A DNA stretch of 64,000 nt. Origin: a virus (lineage: Duplodnaviria > Caudoviricetes). A program made the translations under genes and the position numbers. Each line of letters begins with the position of its first letter. Position 1 is the stretch's first letter. The stretch spans positions 1 to 64,000 of the IMG/VR virus record IMGVR_UViG_3300021254_000033; one strand, given 5' to 3'. Shown in pieces: positions 15,616 to 25,300 of this stretch. Under the pieces are notes generated by a model. That model made no database searches. It was not told where the DNA came from and worked only from the letters and a program-made list of their open reading frames with translations.

Positions 15616-16209
15616 ATGGCTGGTAATATTACAAGAATGGTCATCGACGGTTATGGCCAGCTCGAACTAAATCAGGTTGCCTTTCGTAGAGATGGTAGAA
15701 TCGAAGCTCAGTGTAAACTAGATGAAACTGACTTCGCCTCCATTCCTTGCGAAAATGGCATGATTCTTGCCGTGGATAATGTTAACAAAGTTGTTAAATT
15801 ACCTGCGTCTGGTACCGAGGACTATCCACTAGCTCTCGTGTACACAACCGAACATATGTATGATGAAAGAACCAATGCTCTAAAGGATTTCAAGCTAACC
15901 ATTAATGATGGTTTCTATCCAAGACTAGGGTATTTATCTATTGGCGATAAGTTTATGACAAACACAATCGCTTATGATGATTCCGAATTTACTGCTACAC
16001 AGACTAAAACTGTAGAAGAAGTTATTGCTGAAGCTTATGAAGACATCACTACAACTCCTCTCTATGGTTCTGTAGACGCATCCGGCGTTATCGTAATTTC
16101 TGCTACTAAACCACAATCTGGTGTTACCCTACTTGCTATCAATGGCCCTGGCGTTCCAACCATGCCTGATGGACAGTTTGGTATGAAGTTCCAGGTAATC
16201 GGACTATAA
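15616..16209 (+). CDS. Capsid decoration/minor head protein
   Basis: Position before MCP; highly expressed codon usage; RBS GGAGG. Confidence 0.6.
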   Translation: MAGNITRMVIDGYGQLELNQVAFRRDGRIEAQCKLDETDFASIPCENGMILAVDNVNKVVKLPASGTEDYPLALVYTTEHMYDERTNALKDFKLTINDGFYPRLGYLSIGDKFMTNTIAYDDSEFTATQTKTVEEVIAEAYEDITTTPLYGSVDASGVIVISATKPQSGVTLLAINGPGVPTMPDGQFGMKFQVIGL

Positions 16210-16228
16210 TAAGAGGAGGTAAACAGCT

Positions 16229-17272
16229 ATGACTATTGAACAGTTAAAAGAACTAGCGCTTCATGCTGCTAAAGGTACTGCGCCAGCTACCTTCTCCGTT
16301 GAAAATGTTAATGATGCTTTTATTGATGGATTAAAAGAATTAGCTGGTAACTATTATGATTTTATGCAGAATCGGTATTCTGTATATCAGATTATGACTG
16401 AAACTATTGATGAAGTTGTTCCTGCAAAGGTAGTTGATTCTCTGGGTATGTTCGCAGAAGTTCGGACCGTTGCTGATGGTGAACAAGTTGTATTCAAGAG
16501 AAGAATTGGTAGAGAACGGGCTAAGAAGTTCTTAACTCGTGTTGGTCTGTCTGGTGTTTATGAAACCTTCAGATTAGACAATGAATCCTTTACTGTTCCT
16601 GCATTTGCTATCGGTGGCGCCTGCATGGTTGACTTCGATAGAATGCTAGACGGTGCGGAAAATATGGCTGAACTAATGGACATCATGACCGAAGGTCTAA
16701 CTGATGCTATTTATCTTGAAGTTCAGAAGGCTCTAAAGGGTGCTTTAACTGCAAGCGGCCGTCCTGCTGCTAATAAGGTTAGTGGTAGCTGGGATGCAGA
16801 CCAGATGCAGAGACTATGCAACGTAGTAAGAGCTTATGGTGGCGGTGCTACTATTTTTGCTCCACCAGAATTCGTTGCTGCTATGGGTCCTGATGCAATT
16901 GTTCCAGTTGGTACTAACTATCAGGGTATTTATCATCCGCAGGATATTGATGCTATTCACTATCAGGGATATATTAATATCTTCCGTGGTACTCCTATCA
17001 TTCAGTTCCGTCAATCTTTTGTTGACGAAAACAATGATAAAGTTTGGATTGATCCTCAACTCGCTTACGTTCTACCTACCGGTGGAGAAAGAGTTGTTAA
17101 GGTTGTACTTGAAGGTGCAACTAGAGTAATGGATTGGCAGAACAAAGACCGGTCCATGGAAATCCACTTCGATAAGAAAGTTGGTGCGGCTATTCTGACA
17201 CATCACAACTGGGGTATTTATCAAAATACTGGTATCACCACTCCAACTGTTGGAGAGCCCTACGGTATTTAA
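16229..17272 (+). CDS. Major capsid protein (HK97 fold presumed)
   Basis: 347 aa, optimal codon usage, strong RBS, followed by a terminator. Confidence 0.85.
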   Translation: MTIEQLKELALHAAKGTAPATFSVENVNDAFIDGLKELAGNYYDFMQNRYSVYQIMTETIDEVVPAKVVDSLGMFAEVRTVADGEQVVFKRRIGRERAKKFLTRVGLSGVYETFRLDNESFTVPAFAIGGACMVDFDRMLDGAENMAELMDIMTEGLTDAIYLEVQKALKGALTASGRPAANKVSGSWDADQMQRLCNVVRAYGGGATIFAPPEFVAAMGPDAIVPVGTNYQGIYHPQDIDAIHYQGYINIFRGTPIIQFRQSFVDENNDKVWIDPQLAYVLPTGGERVVKVVLEGATRVMDWQNKDRSMEIHFDKKVGAAILTHHNWGIYQNTGITTPTVGEPYGI

Positions 17273-17291
17273 TTGAAAAAAATTGCCAAAT

Positions 17292-17314
17292 AAGGGGAGG
17301 AAACTCCCCTTTTT
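17292..17314 (+). terminator. Intrinsic terminator
   Basis: AAGGGGAG-GAAA-CTCCCCTT plus TTT. Confidence 0.85.
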
Positions 17315-17343
17315 ATTAAAATTGAGAGAAAAGGAGTAAGATA

Positions 17344-17829
17344 ATGGAAAATAAACAAGTTTTTTTGACAAGCACTTCTAAAGGTTATGTTGTAATTAAT
17401 ATCCCAGATCTTCATTTGAAGAGAATATGGGAAAAGAAAGGTGCGAAAAAGCCTATTGCTTTTGATATATTACAACAAGCTATTTATGATCCAAGTGTGG
17501 AATATTTACTTTCTCAAGGTATTTTAACTATTGATGATTTAGATATAAAAATTGCTTTAGGTTTAGAATCTGAAGAAGCAAAAGAAACTGGTAAAGTTAA
17601 TATTGTTGTTCTTTCTGATAGTGATATGGAGAGATATTTAACAGTTATGCCAGTTTATGAATTTAGAGAAAAAATTAAAGATTTAAAGAAGGAACAAATT
17701 TTTTCTTTAGTAGATTATGCTATTGAACATGAATTAACAAACATGGAAAAAGCAGATATTTTAAAACAATATACTGAAATTGATATTATTAGAGCGGTAC
17801 AATTAAATAGAGAAGACAAGGGGGAATGA
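17344..17829 (+). CDS. Hypothetical virion-associated protein
   Basis: RBS AAGGAG; in the head-neck block. Confidence 0.8.
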   Translation: MENKQVFLTSTSKGYVVINIPDLHLKRIWEKKGAKKPIAFDILQQAIYDPSVEYLLSQGILTIDDLDIKIALGLESEEAKETGKVNIVVLSDSDMERYLTVMPVYEFREKIKDLKKEQIFSLVDYAIEHELTNMEKADILKQYTEIDIIRAVQLNREDKGE

Positions 17830-17833
17830 TAAA

Positions 17834-18262
17834 ATGACTCCTTATTGGACAGTTTATGACGCTTTTTTAAGTAAAACTCTTGAAGATGAATGGGGAGATT
17901 GGATGGAAGAAGAAGTGGAAACAGACCTTCGCCAACTTTTAGAAGGCGCGATTGCACACTTTAAATTTCCTAGAGTTTCTTTAGAAAGAGATGAAGAAGG
18001 GTTTATTAATGATTTAGGCAGTGAAGAAATTCAAATCTTAGCTACATATATGAAATGTGAATGGTTAAATCGGTCTATTATGACATGGGAAAATGTTAAA
18101 CCTTTATATGAAGAGAGAGATTTTTCTCAAGCTAATTTATTAGATAAATTGAAAAGTACTCTAGAAGCAGAACTCACCCATGCCGCGCGACTTGAAGGAT
18201 TTTATTATAGATCAATAAAGGGGAGAAGTTATTCTTATAGTAATTTAGCGGGAGGTAATTAA
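17834..18262 (+). CDS. Probable head-tail adaptor
   Basis: Size and position; DFSQANLL motif. Confidence 0.55.
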   Translation: MTPYWTVYDAFLSKTLEDEWGDWMEEEVETDLRQLLEGAIAHFKFPRVSLERDEEGFINDLGSEEIQILATYMKCEWLNRSIMTWENVKPLYEERDFSQANLLDKLKSTLEAELTHAARLEGFYYRSIKGRSYSYSNLAGGN

Positions 18263-18263
18263 A

Positions 18264-18536
18264 ATGTATGACAATCCCGTGAAAGAAGGTTATTATAATA
18301 AATTAAAAAGTAAATTATTTGGTTTACTTTGTGAATTTGAAAAAGGTAGAGAATGGGAAAAGTTTTTAGATTCAATTATAATTGAGGTTAGTGGTTTTCC
18401 TGAAGAAGAAAAAACTATTAATTACTATATTCTTTATCATAAATTAGCTTCTCTTCGATATTTAAGATATGAATATTTTCGGACAACTATTTTTGATTGT
18501 ATGGATTTATTAGGGAAAGGTGATGTTAATGGCTAA
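18264..18536 (+). CDS. Hypothetical protein (90 aa)
   Basis: RBS GGAGG; tight operon packing. Confidence 0.8.
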   Translation: MYDNPVKEGYYNKLKSKLFGLLCEFEKGREWEKFLDSIIIEVSGFPEEEKTINYYILYHKLASLRYLRYEYFRTTIFDCMDLLGKGDVNG

Positions 18537-19260
18537 CTCTTCAAATTATTATGATATTTATTTGATGAGATTGAATAGATATGGTCTTAACTATCAAGAA
18601 CGGACACAGAAAAAAAGAGAAAGAGAGTTTGAAGATTATATGCTTAAAAGTGTATATAGGATAGAGTTTGAATATGATAGTGATATTCATCCTGCAACTT
18701 TTGAAAAATATAAATATGATGAAACTAAAACACTTCATTATCTTTTAACAAGAGTGTCTTTAAATATTCCTAATGGAACTATTTTAATGTTGCCCGATAA
18801 AGATAACGAATTAAATCCTTGGATGGTTTATTATTTAGAACATATTAAAGCTAGTGGATATAATAGATATATTATGTTAAAAATGACACATTATCTTACT
18901 TGGACAGGACGTGACAAAAATGAATATTCAACATGGGGATATATGTATGGACAAGAAGACAATATGTTGAAAGATGAGTTACAATCCCGCTCACGGTCAG
19001 ATGCACGATATACAGAAAATTTGAAACTGAGTTTCTTTGTTATTCCTACTAATGAACATATTCGAAAAGATGATTATTTAGAAGTAGGTGAAGGTGCGTT
19101 AAAAGAAGGATATAGAGTTACCGGTTATGATATTCAGTCAACTCCAGGAGTTGAGTTTGTCACTGTTGACCCAGTTTATCTTTATGATTTAACTCCATCG
19201 CCAGAAAAAACAGCTCAAGATTCTGATGAAGAATTTTATTGGCTTGAAGGGGGTAACTAA
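18529..19260 (+). CDS. Probable head closure/neck protein (start likely MANSS)
   Basis: RBS GGAAAGGTG 7 nt before ATG 18529; position. Confidence 0.55.
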   Translation: MANSSNYYDIYLMRLNRYGLNYQERTQKKREREFEDYMLKSVYRIEFEYDSDIHPATFEKYKYDETKTLHYLLTRVSLNIPNGTILMLPDKDNELNPWMVYYLEHIKASGYNRYIMLKMTHYLTWTGRDKNEYSTWGYMYGQEDNMLKDELQSRSRSDARYTENLKLSFFVIPTNEHIRKDDYLEVGEGALKEGYRVTGYDIQSTPGVEFVTVDPVYLYDLTPSPEKTAQDSDEEFYWLEGGN

Positions 19261-19751
19261 TGGGAGTTAGAAATTGTCAAGAGATAGGGGAAAATTTACA
19301 AAAACTTGTAAGTCGTTTAATGGCTAATAATGATTTAATAAATCTTCTTTATTATACTGATAAAGATCCCCTTTCACATCCTCATTTAACAGAAGAACAA
19401 AAAAGACAAGAGGTTTATGAAAAATTAATTAAAGTAGTGCCGCGCGTGGGTCCGAAAGAAACTGCAACTTCAATGGTTGTTATTAGAGTTGCGCGAGGTA
19501 CTAATAATTTAGAAAATACTGAATTTAGAGATATTTTAATTGAAATAGAAGTTTTTGTTCCTCTAACACAATGGATTATTAAGAATAGTAATTTAAGACC
19601 TTTTGCAATTATGGGAGAGGTACAAAAAAGTTTAAATGGAAAGACTATAAATGGATTAGGAAGAATGACTGGAGGAAATTTTGAACTAAACTTTTTATCA
19701 GAGGAAATGAGCTGTTATTTGCAACAGTTTAGATTAACAACTTATGATTAA
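19260..19751 (+). CDS. Probable tail terminator/neck protein
   Basis: Position; 163 aa. Confidence 0.5.
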   Translation: MGVRNCQEIGENLQKLVSRLMANNDLINLLYYTDKDPLSHPHLTEEQKRQEVYEKLIKVVPRVGPKETATSMVVIRVARGTNNLENTEFRDILIEIEVFVPLTQWIIKNSNLRPFAIMGEVQKSLNGKTINGLGRMTGGNFELNFLSEEMSCYLQQFRLTTYD

Positions 19752-20487
19752 TCAAGAAAGAGTTTTCTTGGGTTATCCTGAAGAGTTTCATCAAAAGTTT
19801 CTAATTTATCCACCTTTGATAAAAGATGTTGTTGGAAATATTGAATTTTCACAATATCGTCAAATGTTAACTATTTCTCAAGAAGATATAGAGGATGAAT
19901 TAGTTAAAGATAATCAAGAACAGTCTGAAATTCCAACGCCATTTGAATTTTTATTAGCTAATAGTTATCATGATAAAGAATTTGAAAGAATTGCAAAAAA
20001 CGCTTTTTACTTTTTTATTCATCAAGAGGTAACTTTTATATATGAGCAAAAAAAGATATTAATTGGAGATTTAGAAGAAGAATTATCAAGGGTAAAAGAT
20101 TTATCTGAATTGGTTTTTTTAGAAGAGGAAGAATTTTTTGATTTTCAGAACAGTATAAGAGAATCAATTGGAGAAAAATCTATTGAACCCCCTAATCCCG
20201 ATGAACATCCTAAAATAAAAAGAATGAAGGCACTCGCGCGCTATCGTGATAGAATAAAAATGAAATCTGGAAAAGGATTAAATTTAGAAACGCTTCTTTC
20301 TTCAATTTGTTGTATGGGAATTGGAATAACCCCACTTAATATCGGAGAGATGAGTTATGTCGCAGCGAATATACTTATTATGCGTTATCAAGAAAAAGAA
20401 AAATATGAAATAGATATACGCACTATTCAAGCTGGGGCAGAAGCAAAGAAAATAAAACCGAAATATTGGATTAGAAATCTAGATTAA
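19744..20487 (+). CDS. Probable tail assembly chaperone-like protein
   Basis: Position next to the tail tube; acidic, helical. Confidence 0.4.
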   Translation: MINQERVFLGYPEEFHQKFLIYPPLIKDVVGNIEFSQYRQMLTISQEDIEDELVKDNQEQSEIPTPFEFLLANSYHDKEFERIAKNAFYFFIHQEVTFIYEQKKILIGDLEEELSRVKDLSELVFLEEEEFFDFQNSIRESIGEKSIEPPNPDEHPKIKRMKALARYRDRIKMKSGKGLNLETLLSSICCMGIGITPLNIGEMSYVAANILIMRYQEKEKYEIDIRTIQAGAEAKKIKPKYWIRNLD

Positions 20488-20504
20488 TAGGAGGAAAACC
20501 ATAA

Positions 20505-21404
20505 ATGAATATTTTAGACCGCTATGGTATTAAAGAGGTTGCAGACGTAACATTCTATGACCTGAATAATGACGGTACTCCTAAGGTACCTGTTTTATAT
20601 CTAGATACTTTAAAGGTTTCTACTATTGAACAGACTGCGGAAGAGACTGATGCTCGTGGTGGTAAAGGTAATGCAGCACTAATTTCTTGGGATTATGGCA
20701 AGGAAATTACTGTTACTCTAGAAGATGCATTATTCTCTGCTAAATCTATGGCTATTATGTTTGGTAACGGTACCGTAAGTACTTATACTGGAAATAATGC
20801 TTATATTATGAAAACTGAACAGTTTACACCTACTGCTTTAGCAGATGGTGCGTCTGCTATTCCAGATGAGGCTTCTGCCATTGGCAGTGCCGCAGTTGTT
20901 AGTGGTTGGAATCAGGCATATATTGCTCCAAATGGTGCTAAGTATCTAAAGATTAATCCTAAGTTCTATGATGCTATGGGCGCAGAAATTACTTCTACTT
21001 CTCAGTGGGGTGCTATAGTTACTGCTGGTGGATCTATGTTCTGTTCTTTCGACCTAGAGGTTTCCGGTGCTGTAATTGATATTTCTGCTGCAAGTTTCCC
21101 AGGTACTTACTATGTAACTGGTGATACTTTTGCTAGAGCTGAAGCTTCTGGTAAGGATGAATTCTTCCAGTTTATTATTCCAAAGGCTAAAGTACAGTCT
21201 GAAAACACAATTACACTAGAAGCTGAAGGCGATCCTTCTGTATTCAATATGAATCTGAAGGTACTACGGCCCGCTGATGGTGTTATGATGAAGTTAGTTA
21301 AGTACGATCTGGCTGGTACTGCTGGCGCCGCAACTGCTGCAGATACTAAGATTTATCATAATCACTACTTAGACACAAAAAATACATCTGACTTGGGTCA
21401 GTAA
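20505..21404 (+). CDS. Major tail tube protein
   Basis: Optimal codon usage, strong RBS, ARGGKGN...W and IPKAKV...GDPSVF motifs; terminator after. Confidence 0.8.
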   Translation: MNILDRYGIKEVADVTFYDLNNDGTPKVPVLYLDTLKVSTIEQTAEETDARGGKGNAALISWDYGKEITVTLEDALFSAKSMAIMFGNGTVSTYTGNNAYIMKTEQFTPTALADGASAIPDEASAIGSAAVVSGWNQAYIAPNGAKYLKINPKFYDAMGAEITSTSQWGAIVTAGGSMFCSFDLEVSGAVIDISAASFPGTYYVTGDTFARAEASGKDEFFQFIIPKAKVQSENTITLEAEGDPSVFNMNLKVLRPADGVMMKLVKYDLAGTAGAATAADTKIYHNHYLDTKNTSDLGQ

Positions 21405-21423
21405 TTAACAATTAAACATTAAG

Positions 21424-21454
21424 AGGTGGGTGGCAGGTGCTACCCACCTTTTTT
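21424..21454 (+). terminator. Intrinsic terminator
   Basis: AGGTGGGTGGCA-GG-TGCTACCCACCT plus T5. Confidence 0.85.
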
Positions 21455-21469
21455 ATTGGAGGGCATAAA

Positions 21470-22255
21470 ATGGATAATGAATTTTCACTAAAAGAACTGT
21501 ACGAAGTGCGGCTTAAGGCTACTTATCCTATAGAGATAGCGGGACATTCTTTTGAAGAAGATGAAACTATTTGCCTTTTTGATAAAATTCAAATTTTTGG
21601 TTTAACTGAACATAAAGATTTTATTACTGCAAGAGGCGGATATGAAAATCGGGACAGAGTTTTTTGGGAAACAAAAAATGGTGTAGAGTTGCGATTCTCA
21701 CAAGGAATTTTTAATATAATTCAATTTGGATTGCTTTGCAATTCACAAACTATTTTATTAGCAGATGATGAAGATTTTATTAGAATTTCTCGAAGAGAAG
21801 TTGTAGAAAGTGATGAGGAAGGAAAGGTAAAATTTTCAAAAGTTCCCTGTGGACAATTTTTTGTTTATGATGTTTCTACTGGAAAGAAGATTTCTTATGA
21901 AGTAGAAGATGACCAGACTTTAATTATAGGAACCCCTTATCTCGAAGTTTTATTAGACTATTATTATGATTATTCAGAGAAAACACATATGGTTACTTTG
22001 GGTAATGGATTAATAAATGGGTTCCTTCGATTAGAAGGAAAAACGCGTGTAAAGGATGATATAACTGGTAAGACTAGGACTGGAATTATTGAGATTCCAA
22101 GATTAAAGTTAATGTCTGGCTTGTCTATGCGATTGGGGAAAAACGCTAATCCGGTAGTTGCAGATTTTAGAGGTTTGGCGCTACCTACAGGAGAAAAAGG
22201 ATCAACGTCTATTTTGAATATATTCTTCCTTGATGACGACATAGATGAGGAATAA
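21470..22255 (+). CDS. Tail tube paralog (start MDNEF)
   Basis: ARGGYENR..FW and IPRLKL...ANPVVADF align to the tube protein; the track start lies inside the terminator. Confidence 0.65.
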   Translation: MDNEFSLKELYEVRLKATYPIEIAGHSFEEDETICLFDKIQIFGLTEHKDFITARGGYENRDRVFWETKNGVELRFSQGIFNIIQFGLLCNSQTILLADDEDFIRISRREVVESDEEGKVKFSKVPCGQFFVYDVSTGKKISYEVEDDQTLIIGTPYLEVLLDYYYDYSEKTHMVTLGNGLINGFLRLEGKTRVKDDITGKTRTGIIEIPRLKLMSGLSMRLGKNANPVVADFRGLALPTGEKGSTSILNIFFLDDDIDEE

Positions 22256-22259
22256 GTGA

Positions 22260-22292
22260 AGTCAGCATTACTTTGTTAATGCTGATTTTTTT
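22260..22292 (+). terminator. Intrinsic terminator
   Basis: AGTCAGCATTA-6-TAATGCTGATT plus T-tract. Confidence 0.85.
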
Positions 22293-22310
22293 ATTTTTAA
22301 GGAGGAGAGA

Positions 22311-25300
22311 ATGGCAGGAAATCATTTTTCAGTAACCTTTGATGCTCAAATGAATGTGAGTCAGATTAAGGGTGCTATTAATGACATGAAAAAGGGGCTT
22401 GAAGGATTAAAGCTACCTGATAATATGGAGAAAAAAATTGGTAATATTTTCTCTAATATGAGTGATGAGTTAAAAAGATTTGAGTCTCTCGCAGCGAGAG
22501 ATTTAAAATCTCCTGCAGATTTTAATAAATTAAATCAAAGCGGAGAAAAAATTCTTCATTTATATCAGCGACTGAGAACAGAAATATCAAGTCTTAGTGA
22601 TATGCCGCAAAAAAGTCTTGAAAAACTTTTTCCATCTTCAATAACAAATAATATTGATAAGGCAACTGCGGCACTAAAAAAATATAAAGAAGCACAAGCA
22701 CAAATAACTAATGAGTTATCTAATAGACAATCAACTTTAGAAAAAAAACAAAAAGAATTATCTACAGCTGAATCAAAGCATAAAGAATACATGGATAAAA
22801 CTACCTATAAGCAAGAAACAGGTAGACTAGAAGATTTACTAAAACAACGACAACTTTTAGATTCAGAATTAAATAGAAGAGCCGAAGGTGGAAGACAAAG
22901 AAAAAGTGCATCTGATTATACTGGTTATGATATGAAAAAATTAAAATCAGAATATAGCGCTGTTACACAAGAGGTTGATAAATTACAACAAAAGTTATCT
23001 AAAGTTACAACTAATGCTATCACTGCAACAAATAGTGAATCTAATATTACTAGACTTAAAACCGAAATAAAAGAATTACAAGATGCAATAAATAGCCTTG
23101 AAGGGGAAGGGCGACTTAATCTAGATAATTTATTTTCTGCTTTAGAAGGTATAGATGGAATAGATTTAAGTAATGTTGAAAGAAATGCGAATGGTGCACA
23201 AGAGGCAATTAATAAATTAAATGCAAAGGGCGCGCAAGAACTTCTCAATAATTTAAATAAAATTGGATCTACTGTAGATAATCAAAAAGGAGCTTTTGAC
23301 GGATTAGAAAATAGTATGCATCAAGTGGGAGCAGAAGTTGAGGCTGCGGATGCAAAATTTAGAGATGTCAGTGCTATAAAATCTCGTATTGCAGCATTTT
23401 TATCTGTAGAAAGCGCTGTAAGATTATTTAGACGTGCAATTACAAGTTCTTTTGAAACAATTAAAGAATTGGATGCCACAATGACAGAAACAGCAGTAGT
23501 TACTGATTTTAGTGTTTCTGATATGTGGAAACAGTTACCCAGATATACTAAAATGGCTAATGAACTGGGTGTTACAACTAATGAAGCGTATAAGGCTGCC
23601 ACTTTGTATTATCAACAAGGTTTGTCTACCAATCAAGCCATGGCTGTTTCTAATGAAACATTAAAAATGGCTCGTATTGCTGGCATTGATGCCGCCGATG
23701 CTACTGACTATATGACCGCTGCGCTTCGTGGTTTTAATATGGAAATTAACGAAGTTTCTGCTCAAAGAGTAAATGATGTTTATTCAAAATTAGCTGCAGA
23801 AACTGCATCTGATACAGAAGAACTTTCCATTGCTATGAGTAAAACAGCCTCCATTGCTGCCAATGCTAATATGGAATTTGAGAATACTGCGGCATTTCTA
23901 GCTCAGATTATTGAAACAACTAGAGAGGCTCCAGAAACCGCTGGTACAGCAATGAAAACTATTATTGCTCGTTTTTCTGAGGTTAAAAGTTTATTTTCTC
24001 AGGGGCAATTATTAGGAACTGATGAAGAAGGCGAAGAAATCAATATTAATAAAATTGATACAGCATTACAGAATGTAGGAATTTCTTTAAAAGATTTTTT
24101 GAATGGTAGTATTGGTTTAGATGATGTTTTATTACAATTAGCTAGTAAATGGGACACTCTTGATTTGGCTACTCAAAGATATATTGCTACAACTGCTGCG
24201 GGATCTAGACAACAATCTCGTTTCTTGGCTATGATGAGTAATTATAGTCGTACAGTAGAATTAGTCGATAAAGCTTATTCCGCTGAAGGCGCAGGTCAAG
24301 AACAGTTTGAAAAAACTCTAGATAGTATGGAAACAGCATTAGCTCGACTAAAAAATGCTTGGGATCAGTTCGCTATGGGTATCATGAATAGTAGTATAGC
24401 TAAAGGTGGTATTCATGCTTTAACAGGTTTTTTAGAAATTATTAATAAATTAACCAGCGGGTTAGGTGATTTAGGTAACACAGTAACTAAGCTAGGTCTT
24501 GGTATAGGAGCGTTTCAGTTAGGAAGAGGATTATTTGATATATTAACTTCTCAACGAAAAGGTGAAAAAATAAAATCAATATCTGGAAAACAACTAGTTA
24601 ATTTTAAAAATATAGGGGTAAATTTTAAAAATGATCTTTTTGAAACAGTACAGGAGGGATTAAATAGTCCTTCCTCTAAAAAATTATCTCTTTCAAAAGC
24701 TCTTTCAGGATTTTTTAAAGGATCTACCATTAATGCCGAACAAATAAAAGCTGCTATAAATAGAGATCGTCCAGATGTTGCACAATTTTCAAATAGATAT
24801 GCAGAAGTTGCGCTAGAAACTTTTCGTGAACGAGGAAGAGAAGGATTAGCTGAGTTAGAACAAGAATGGGGAGTAAGTTTTAATTCTCTGGAAGAAACTG
24901 CAGCAAAGGCTCAACTACTTGGCGTCGCCGCGACTTTTGCTGGCGGGGCAATGTTAAAATTAGGCAATGCCCTGGAGTCAGCGGGACACACTAAGGCTGC
25001 GGAAGTGTTTGATACCTTGGGAACCGCGGTTATGACGGCAGGAGTAGCACTTAGTTCATTAAGTGTAATTATTCCTGCTATAGGTAATCTTTTTCCCGCA
25101 TTAGGCGCAAAAATCGCTGCAGCAGGTTTACTTGGTTTATCTGGGTGGCTTTGGATTGCTGGAATTGCAGCAGCAGTAGGAGCTATTGGTTTTCTTACTT
25201 ATAAATTAGTAAAAGGAATTAAAGCTAATTCCTTGGAAGGTCAAATAGAATCTACAGAAAAAGCTGTTCAACGCTCAAGAGAGGAAGCGGATAAGGCACA

